IMG/VR virus record: IMGVR_UViG_3300006072_001582
Direction: 5' to 3' (one strand)
Source of the DNA: a virus
Length of the DNA stretch: 13,403 nt
The position numbers were made by a program, and so were the translations under genes. The notes under the pieces are model-generated. The model saw only the letters and a program-made list of their open reading frames with translations, was not told the DNA's origin and did not search any database. Shown one piece after another: positions 1-5,204 of this stretch; positions within the stretch are counted from its first letter, which is position 1, and the number at the start of each line of letters is the position of its first letter.

Positions 1-120
1 GGTGTCGACGTACTCCCCGTTATCGTACTTGCGCACAGGGGCAGTTGACTTCCGGCACCACATCTGCTCATCTTCATTGATGAGGTAGACGGAACCGCTG
101 ATCGTTGTTACTTCCTTCAT
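1..120 (-). CDS. hypothetical protein, 5' portion only (N-terminus MKEVTTISGSVYLINEDEQMWCRKSTAPVRKYDNGEYVDT...). It runs off the window start.
   Basis: The reverse complement of 1-120 reads ATGAAGGAAGTAACAACGATC... in an open frame to the window edge. ATG is at 118-120, preceded by GAGGAGG 5 nt upstream. It shares an identical 48-nt leader and first 7 codons with the gene at 200-568. Confidence 0.5.
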   Translation of the reverse strand, partial: MKEVTTISGSVYLINEDEQMWCRKSTAPVRKYDNGEYVDT

Positions 121-147
121 AGTGTCCTCCTCAGGACTGGTTTAGTT
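100..147. repeat. copy A of an exact 48-nt direct repeat (minus-strand sense: aactaaaccagtcctgaggaggacactATGAAGGAAGTAACAACGATC), spanning RBS, start codon and the first 7 codons
   Basis: The plus-strand string gatcgttgttacttccttcatagtgtcctcctcaggactggtttagtt occurs identically at 100-147 and 548-595. Flanking sequence diverges immediately on both sides. Confidence 0.9.
126..132 (-). promoter_or_regulatory. Shine-Dalgarno GAGGAGG for the partial gene at 1-120
   Basis: cctcctc on the plus strand is GAGGAGG on the minus strand, 5 nt upstream of the ATG at 120-118. Confidence 0.5.
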
Positions 148-199
148 GGGTTGAGCCCGTTGGGTGGGGTGGAGCTCATACCCCTTGTGAACCGAGCTG

Positions 200-568
200 T
201 TACTGCTCAGCCTGAGCAGCGTTGAGCTCAGCCATAGCAGCGTAGAACTTAGCCCAAGCAGCCTTGACCTCAGGCTTAGACAAAGCAGCGTCGTACTTAG
301 CCAAAGCAGCGTGGTACTCAGCCCAAGCATCGTCGAACTCAGCCTCGGCAGCCTTGAACTCAGCCTGAGCAGCGTAGTACTCAGCCTTAGCAGCGTCACG
401 CTTAGCCCAAGCAGCGTCCTGCTTAGCCTCGTACTTAGCCTCAACAGCCTCGTACGCAGCCAAAGCAGCCTCGTACTCAGCCTTAGCCTCAGCAGTCATG
501 AGCTCAGCCGCAGCAGCGTAGTGCTCAACCAAAGCCTTAGCAGCGTCGATCGTTGTTACTTCCTTCAT
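200..568 (-). CDS. Ala-rich (about 45% Ala) acidic protein, probably alpha-helical, built on a 7-residue repeat with the consensus pattern x-A-A-x-A-x-aromatic
   Basis: 122-aa ORF with ATG at 566-568 and TAA at 200-202, preceded by a GAGGAGG RBS at 574-580. Aromatic residues (Y/F/W) recur every 7 residues at positions 32, 39, 46, 64, 71, 78, 85 and 92, and again at 54 with an 8-residue gap. The heptads read AEYEAAL, AAYEAVE, AKYEAKQ and so on. The overlapping frames 142-444(-) and 311-601(+) are low-complexity shadows of the same repeat. Confidence 0.7.
   Translation of the reverse strand: MKEVTTIDAAKALVEHYAAAAELMTAEAKAEYEAALAAYEAVEAKYEAKQDAAWAKRDAAKAEYYAAQAEFKAAEAEFDDAWAEYHAALAKYDAALSKPEVKAAWAKFYAAMAELNAAQAEQ
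215..545. repeat. imperfect 21-nt periodic tandem repeat at the DNA level, underlying the heptad repeats of the 200-568 protein
   Basis: Units of the form agcagcgt(a/c/g)gtactcagcc(t/c)tagc / cagcctcgtac recur about every 21 nt (for example 281-301, 302-322, 365-385, 386-406). The base composition is dominated by gca/gcc/gcg strings. Confidence 0.6.
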
Positions 569-595
569 AGTGTCCTCCTCAGGACTGGTTTAGTT
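548..595. repeat. copy B of the exact 48-nt direct repeat (leader, RBS, ATG and first 7 codons MKEVTTI) in front of the 200-568 gene
   Basis: Identical to 100-147. Upstream and downstream sequences are unrelated between the two copies. Confidence 0.9.
574..580 (-). promoter_or_regulatory. Shine-Dalgarno GAGGAGG for the gene at 200-568
   Basis: cctcctc at 574-580 on the plus strand, 5 nt upstream of the ATG at 568-566 on the minus strand. Confidence 0.55.
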
Positions 596-677
596 AGCTG
601 ACTGCCATCATCAGGCCGTAGGCATCACCCTACGACGACCACAACATCTCCCGACGTGATGATTTCGGCATTGCGTA

Positions 678-863
678 CTACTTCTTGGCTGTGTACAGGA
701 CTGCAGCCACGAACACCACGAAGGTGAACGACAACGAGACCGTGAGTACGGTCTGTGCCTGCCCCATGGGTGTGTACCACGAGATCATTGTGTTCACGAA
801 CGATACTGCGAACGTGAACGCAAAGCTACCAAGGAGCAGGGAAATCAGCTGAAAACGCTTCAT
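678..863 (-). CDS. small membrane protein (61 aa) with two predicted transmembrane helices and a short basic C-terminus. A holin-like role is possible but unproven.
   Basis: The ORF is MKRFQLISLLLGSFAFTFAVSFVNTMISWY TPMGQAQ TVLTVSLSFTFVVFVAAVLYTAKK. It has two hydrophobic stretches of about 20 aa separated by a short polar loop, and ends in KK. A purine-rich stretch (AGAAAGAGA) lies upstream of the ATG at 861-863. Confidence 0.5.
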   Translation of the reverse strand: MKRFQLISLLLGSFAFTFAVSFVNTMISWYTPMGQAQTVLTVSLSFTFVVFVAAVLYTAKK

Positions 864-901
864 TTTAATCTCTTTCTAATGCATAGGTGTTGGGTTGCTG
901 C

Positions 902-938
902 GTACGTTCGCGCACTACTGAGTAGTACGTTTGCGCAC
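902..938. promoter_or_regulatory. two 14-nt direct repeats, gtacgttcgcgcac at 902-915 and gtacgtttgcgcac at 925-938 (one mismatch), flanking a small palindrome actacTGAgtagt at 914-926. They are a candidate operator or protein-binding site in the divergent intergenic region.
   Basis: The repeats are read directly from the sequence. The centre-to-centre spacing of 23 nt is about two helical turns. A third partial copy, tgtacgg, sits at 944-950. The location is between the divergently transcribed minus and plus gene blocks. Confidence 0.3.
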
Positions 939-1289
939 ACAGCTGTACGGTGCTGTAGTTCAGCAACATACAGGTGATTGCTAGGACCATGAGTTCTCAG
1001 CCTCACTTGGACATTGTGCCCAAGGACGCAAAGAAGTTCATAATCTTTTGCTAGCGTGTAACTAACACGCAATCCAAGGCGTGAAATAGGATGGTAGGTT
1101 TTGCCATTTCCAGAACTAAAGGGTTTTAGAGGAGTGCCTTGAGAGGGGCCTAAAAGGCTCTGTAAGGCTCGCCAATAGGGGTCCCAATGGGAGCGTATAG
1201 AAACGCCTTTAAAAAATGGCGGGCAGCCCTATGGGGTATTCGATAGAGCAGGCGTTGAGATCGTACTGGTAAGAATTAAAAATGCCGGA

Positions 1290-1416
1290 GGCCTTGGCCA
1301 CGTATGAAATACTAGGTGCACTAAAGTAGATAGAAAAAAAGAGAGAATAATGTAAATACATATAGTTCTTGGTATAGGGGATAGCAATCGTTCTACTATC
1401 TACAAAGGGCTACACC
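1290..1416 (+). promoter_or_regulatory. AT-rich leader region, probably carrying the promoter for the plus-strand gene block
   Basis: GC content drops sharply here (gaaaaaaagagagaataatgtaaatacatatagttcttggtatagg), immediately upstream of the first plus-strand gene. No perfect -35/-10 pair was identified by eye. Confidence 0.25.
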
Positions 1417-2082
1417 ATGGCACAATTCAACGACTGGTCAAAGAGCTACCAGAACTCACTTGGCAATGCAAAAATGGCGGCGATTAGAATCGCTGAGAAT
1501 AGATACCAAACGCGTGATGAATACGAAAAGAACAAGCCTAACGTCCCTAATGCAAGAATGGTTGATGAAGTCCGTAATAACCACAATGACGTTATGGACA
1601 GCATTGGGAAGTTCCAGCAAGGCGTTGGCAAAATTAATGAGATGCACCAAGAAGTACTGAAGCGCACACAACCAGGCGTTAACCAAAAGAGCCTTGTGGA
1701 ACACTATAGTGATCTTATGGAAAAGCATTTCCCCACAGAGCAGACAAGCACAAAGAGCAAGGCTCCTCAGACAAACATTAGCAAAGAAGTAACAAATCCT
1801 AACGTTCCTCTTAATTCAAGAGTGAAAATGATGCAAGACCCAGACACTAAGTACGACCCACAAGTCTACAAGCACGTTCGCGATGTGCCACCACTTAAGC
1901 CTAAGAGTGCTTCTTTCGCTGAGCGTTACGCCAACGATAACTCAATGGGGGAAAATAAGCCTATGGATGGGCACATCCCAGGCAATTCTCGCTACTGCTA
2001 CAACTGTGGAAACACCCAAGACATTGTTTGGGACCCAAGTCAAGAATACGGTACTGGATGGATTTGCCGTGGTGGTTGCTAA
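1417..2082 (+). CDS. hypothetical protein (221 aa) with a C-terminal zinc-ribbon-like motif (CYNCGNTQ...WICRGGC). Its N-terminus (NDWSKSY) resembles the WSKRYAAE motif of the 4188-5202 paralogs.
   Basis: Long ORF, the first in the plus-strand block. Cys motif is C-x2-C-x17-C-x3-C at the C-terminus. The minus-strand overlapping ORFs (1446-1667, 1456-1728) look like shadows. Confidence 0.7.
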   Translation: MAQFNDWSKSYQNSLGNAKMAAIRIAENRYQTRDEYEKNKPNVPNARMVDEVRNNHNDVMDSIGKFQQGVGKINEMHQEVLKRTQPGVNQKSLVEHYSDLMEKHFPTEQTSTKSKAPQTNISKEVTNPNVPLNSRVKMMQDPDTKYDPQVYKHVRDVPPLKPKSASFAERYANDNSMGENKPMDGHIPGNSRYCYNCGNTQDIVWDPSQEYGTGWICRGGC

Positions 2083-2188
2083 CTAAGAGTCTAAACCCCT
2101 TATAACATAAGGGTAAAAGAAAATTCGGAATCGGGTCTAGGGCCGGTGACGCGCGGTGCCTGTTTTAACTTAACTAGGAGTACAACTT

Positions 2189-3304
2189 ATGTTCAACAGC
2201 AGAGAAGCTGCAAAACACGATAAGCAATTCAAGACTGGCGGACCTGCCAACGCTATGACGCTTATCTTCCAAGAGGGTACTGGCTACGCCACCCACAAGG
2301 AAGACCCTGAGTACTATCATGTGCCTCATGCTGCTGAGAAAGCCGCTAATCACTACATAGGTAGCCTTGGTGAGGGCGAAGAGCCCAATCCTGACGCAGT
2401 GCGTTTGTTTGGCTTGAAGCAAAGCAAAAAGGGCGACTGGTATCACAGTCGCGCTCACTCGCAGCTTGCCAACGTTAAAACCGCAAGTGACTACATGACC
2501 GTTGCTGTTCGCAACAAGACCACTGGTAAGCCTTACAAGCTCGAGCAGGGTATCCATCAACCTACTATGATGATTGCTCCCAGCGAAGAGGGCCACCTGG
2601 ATGATCGTGCTTTCCGTGCCGGTGAACACGTGAATGCAAAGACTGGTGAGCGTTTGATGGTCCACCCACTCTCAGCTTTGGGCCAATCGCACATTGAAAC
2701 GATCATGGCATTCAACGAGGGTAAGCGTAATGGCATCAAGGACCCTAAGTTCTACCGAGATGCCATGAAAACTGTCAGTGATCACACCCATGGTGACCTT
2801 GCAGTGCACCACGCATTCAACCACACCATCAATAACATGTGCAATACGCACGATGCTATCGATCCTGTTGAGCAAAATGTCATCGATCAGGGTAAAACTG
2901 CCCGTTTTGTTAAGTGTTTCTGCCCATACTGCGTTGTAAATGACAGTACTCACCCCACAAACCAGCTTTGGGACATGCAACACCACGAAGAAGCAGCCAA
3001 AAGAACTCAAGATCCCAAGATTAGAGCCGCTTATTTCGCTGGTTTCCCCGTTTCTAAGGAAGCTGGAGAGTTTGGTAAGGTCGGAAGACGTTCACACCAC
3101 CGTGTTTTGTATGGTACGAAGGCTGAACAGACCATTATCAACCACCATGTCAACTTTAGACAGGACGAAGACAACCATGCAGCTGTAGTTGCACCAAGAG
3201 TACGTCATCGTGCGAGAGGTGGAGAGGGTGTTTCTCACCTTTACAGTCCTTCAACAGCTATAAATAGAGCTGTTCACGCTGATGATAGCTACTCTGGCGA
3301 ATAA
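2189..3304 (+). CDS. hypothetical His-rich protein (371 aa) containing a CFCPYC motif
   Basis: Long ORF with an AGGAG RBS at 2176-2180, 8 nt before the ATG. No recognisable catalytic motif. Many His and HH pairs suggest metal binding. Confidence 0.75.
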   Translation: MFNSREAAKHDKQFKTGGPANAMTLIFQEGTGYATHKEDPEYYHVPHAAEKAANHYIGSLGEGEEPNPDAVRLFGLKQSKKGDWYHSRAHSQLANVKTASDYMTVAVRNKTTGKPYKLEQGIHQPTMMIAPSEEGHLDDRAFRAGEHVNAKTGERLMVHPLSALGQSHIETIMAFNEGKRNGIKDPKFYRDAMKTVSDHTHGDLAVHHAFNHTINNMCNTHDAIDPVEQNVIDQGKTARFVKCFCPYCVVNDSTHPTNQLWDMQHHEEAAKRTQDPKIRAAYFAGFPVSKEAGEFGKVGRRSHHRVLYGTKAEQTIINHHVNFRQDEDNHAAVVAPRVRHRARGGEGVSHLYSPSTAINRAVHADDSYSGE

Positions 3305-3330
3305 ATTTTAAAGTTTTATCTTAAAATCTA

Positions 3331-3360
3331 TTGACAAAATTTAAAAAATCCTCTTATATA
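3331..3360 (+). promoter_or_regulatory. sigma70-type promoter: TTGACA (3331-3336), a spacer of about 18 nt, then TATATA (3355-3360), followed by an extended TATATATAAC
   Basis: A perfect -35 hexamer TTGACA and a TA-rich -10 sit in a 72-bp intergenic gap of extremely low GC, directly upstream of the RBS AAGGA (3368-3372) and the ATG at 3377. Confidence 0.55.
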
Positions 3361-3376
3361 TATAACTAAGGAAAAC

Positions 3377-3769
3377 ATGTCAAACAACTGTGACTGTGAA
3401 ACTTGCAAGAACATAGCAAAGTACAGTGATACTACAGAGAAAAGTGCATATGTCTCCCGGTTTAAGGAGAGTATTGCCCAGATTTCCTCTCTTTCAGATG
3501 ATTTCTCCATCGATAAGCCAAAAGATGACGATGAAGACCACACTTATCGTATTAACGTAAGTGAATACTGTCAGCATGACGGTGTTTTTGTAGAATATTC
3601 AAGAGAAATCACCTTTTCTGCTTTCCAGATGATCATGGAAGAGCTTTTTTCGTCAGATGAAGACGATTTTGACCTAGATAACGACGAATATGAAGATGAT
3701 ATACGCGTTTTTGGCAGTTTAGACGAAGTTATTGACTACCTTCAGCAAGATAGAAGGGAAAAAGACTAA
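3377..3769 (+). CDS. highly acidic small protein (130 aa) with an N-terminal C-x-C-x2-C motif and Asp/Glu-rich C-terminal half
   Basis: The ORF follows the promoter and RBS above. It reads MSNNCDCETCKN..., then DDDEDH, SSDEDDFDLDNDEYEDD. The stop overlaps the next start (TAATG at 3767-3771). Confidence 0.75.
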   Translation: MSNNCDCETCKNIAKYSDTTEKSAYVSRFKESIAQISSLSDDFSIDKPKDDDEDHTYRINVSEYCQHDGVFVEYSREITFSAFQMIMEELFSSDEDDFDLDNDEYEDDIRVFGSLDEVIDYLQQDRREKD

Positions 3770-4191
3770 TGACCGTCGAAGAACACGACCAGAACATCAC
3801 TCATCATTACACCGTTCACTATCCACCTCACCCAGAGCGTGAAGATGACCCACATTACGTCGATTTTCACCATTTCCGTGAGAAAACGAAGGCAACAGCT
3901 AAATGTGCTATCGGTGAACACCGCAATGACTTCAGTGAGTGCGACTCTGAGCACCCTTTGGAGCTTCACCACACTCATATTGAGTTCTCATTGCAGAATG
4001 GCGTCGATCTTAAGTGGCTCGAAGTCGATTACCCCGGCGTTAGCGACCCAGACACCGTTGGTGCATGGGTAGAGAGCGCAACAAACCTGGAATGGCTATG
4101 CCTTTTCCACCACAGAGGTCATGGTGGCAAACACGTCACAGCTTACAGTGACTTTGAGGCAGCAAAATACGTGAGAGGACTCATCAAATGA
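3769..4191 (+). CDS. His-rich HNH-like nuclease fold protein (140 aa)
   Basis: The sequence ...CAIGEHRNDFSEC...LELHHTHIEFSLQNGVDL...ATNLEWLCLFHHRGHGGKH fits the HNH pattern: C...C, HH, N, then N-L-x-x-L-C-x-x-H-H...H. It is translationally coupled at both ends (TAATG at 3767, ATGA at 4188). Confidence 0.55.
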   Translation: MTVEEHDQNITHHYTVHYPPHPEREDDPHYVDFHHFREKTKATAKCAIGEHRNDFSECDSEHPLELHHTHIEFSLQNGVDLKWLEVDYPGVSDPDTVGAWVESATNLEWLCLFHHRGHGGKHVTAYSDFEAAKYVRGLIK

Positions 4192-4379
4192 GTAATTGGT
4201 CTAAAAGATACGCAGCAGAAAGCTGTTCATGCCATGGCTGGCCTAAACTGCAATGCCCTAACACTACTGAAGCAGAAAAACACATTATTTCTGAACTGAG
4301 TAGACAAGAAGGGCCATCTATTGGACAAGAACACTCACGCAGTAAAGAAGTAGCCGATTGGATCCTTGGAGAAGATTAA
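4188..4379 (+). CDS. small Cys-containing protein (63 aa), paralog 1 of the N-terminal WSKRYAAE-motif family
   Basis: N-terminus MSNWSKRYAAES, then SCSCHGWPKLQCP. The start overlaps the upstream stop (ATGA) and the stop overlaps the next start (TAATG). Confidence 0.7.
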   Translation: MSNWSKRYAAESCSCHGWPKLQCPNTTEAEKHIISELSRQEGPSIGQEHSRSKEVADWILGED

Positions 4380-4834
4380 TGAATTGGAAAAGAAGATACG
4401 CAGCTGAAGATACCTTTGGTTATGGTGATCCACACTACTTTGAGAAGCTGATTGATCACGCCAACTCAGGCAACCCCAAGCTTATTCAAAAGAAGCATGT
4501 TGATGATGCTAGGCGACACGGTATTACCGAAGACGAAATGATGCATGCCTATACCCAGGGTCACAATATCAGTTTATATGTTAGTGCACGTGCACGCAAT
4601 GATCCATGGCTTGGTGGCCCAGAAGCTTTAGAGCCCAGACTGCTAGCTACACATGATGAAGCGATTGACGCTCTCAACAAAAATGTTATTCCCAATCACT
4701 ATAGCTTGCTTAGATCAGTTGGAGAAACAATAGTCAATGGACGTCATAACCCCAACCCAACACCGCTGAGCCACGATGCTGCTGTAGCAAAATCAGGCAA
4801 GATGACTCCGTCAGAACGACAGAAATACTTCTAA
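4379..4834 (+). CDS. hypothetical protein (151 aa), paralog 2 of the WSKRYAAE-motif family
   Basis: N-terminus MNWKRRYAAED. I prefer the start at ATG 4379 over the upstream in-frame ATG 4358 because it reproduces the paralog N-terminus and has GGAGAAG 6 nt upstream. TAATG overlap at both ends. Confidence 0.7.
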   Translation: MNWKRRYAAEDTFGYGDPHYFEKLIDHANSGNPKLIQKKHVDDARRHGITEDEMMHAYTQGHNISLYVSARARNDPWLGGPEALEPRLLATHDEAIDALNKNVIPNHYSLLRSVGETIVNGRHNPNPTPLSHDAAVAKSGKMTPSERQKYF

Positions 4835-5202
4835 TGTCTTGGTCAGAACGTTACGCTGCTCGTCCTGACCAATGTCAGCTCTGTGGTGCATCAGATGATG
4901 GCACCCACACAATCGTTAGCAGCGGTAGGTGCAAAGACACTACCGATTGCGAGAACACGCAGAAGTACTTAGCAGAGAACCCACAGCCAGAGCCTCCTAA
5001 GAAAACTAGGAAAGCACCTTACGTAGACCGCAAGGGTATGGCTGCATGTGCTCATGGCGACTGCCAAGGTAAGAAGTACGAAGCAAAATACATGCATTGG
5101 TCTGATTCTTCAGTGCCAAGGCCATATTGCAACACTCACTCGTTCCTTGCAGGCAAAACTGGTTTGACTTTTAGTCAATGGAAAGATGTTTATGGGAGAT
5201 AA
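4834..5202 (+). CDS. Cys-rich basic protein (122 aa), paralog 3 of the WSKRYAAE-motif family
   Basis: N-terminus MSWSERYAARPD, then CQLCG...GRCKDTTDC...CAHGDCQGKKY...YCNTH. TAATG overlap with the upstream gene. Confidence 0.7.
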   Translation: MSWSERYAARPDQCQLCGASDDGTHTIVSSGRCKDTTDCENTQKYLAENPQPEPPKKTRKAPYVDRKGMAACAHGDCQGKKYEAKYMHWSDSSVPRPYCNTHSFLAGKTGLTFSQWKDVYGR

Positions 5203-5204
5203 TA

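Noticed and set aside
142-601. ORFs 142-444(-) and 311-601(+) with Leu/Ser-rich repetitive translations
   Set aside because: They are alternative-frame shadows of the Ala-rich repeat gene at 200-568. Their low-complexity LS-repeat translations arise automatically from the GCN-rich 21-nt periodic DNA. Only the 200-568 frame has an RBS, a start inside the duplicated leader module and a sensible composition.
618-635. Hairpin cgtagg-catcac-cctacg between the minus-strand genes 678-863 and 200-568, considered as a terminator
   Set aside because: The stem is 6 bp with no adjacent U-tract in the minus-strand sense. The region more likely serves as promoter or leader for the 200-568 gene.
860-1072. 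70-aa minus-strand ORF extending from the membrane-protein gene into the intergenic region
   Set aside because: It has no RBS, it overlaps the start of the 678-863 gene, its composition is arbitrary (many Arg and His, no domain signal), and it lies in the region carrying the direct-repeat or operator-like elements. It is more likely non-coding.
1196-1280. Possible tRNA or structured RNA (GGGGTATTCGATAGAGC resembles a T-arm; cgcc-N10-ggcg hairpin)
   Set aside because: I could not assemble a full cloverleaf (acceptor stem, D-arm, anticodon arm) with correct spacing, and there is no GTTCGAATCC-type T-loop consensus. It needs a proper tRNA or covariance-model scan and is left unannotated.
2097-2113. 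7-bp stem, 3-nt loop hairpin (cccttat-aac-ataaggg) just after the 1417-2082 gene, considered as an intrinsic terminator
   Set aside because: It is followed by taaaagaaaatt (A-rich, not a U-tract) on the plus strand, with no T-run on the minus strand either. The stem is AT-rich and weak. It could still be a minor RNA structure but is not a convincing terminator.
1446-3010. Minus-strand ORFs embedded in plus-strand genes (1446-1667, 1456-1728, 2174-2665, 2557-2739, 2672-3010 and similar ones later such as 7327-7779 and 9505-10086)
   Set aside because: They are fully contained within longer, motif-bearing plus-strand ORFs in a uniformly plus-oriented, tightly coupled block. They have no RBS and no recognisable motifs, and are typical antisense shadows.
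4358-4378. Upstream start (MDPWRRLM...) for the second tagged paralog, and likewise 5178 for the peptidase, 10206 for the 76-aa gene and 10728 for the 54-aa gene
   Set aside because: Each of these starts would overlap the preceding gene. The downstream ATGs have better RBS spacing. For 4379 the downstream ATG also reproduces the conserved paralog N-terminus. They are kept as alternatives only.
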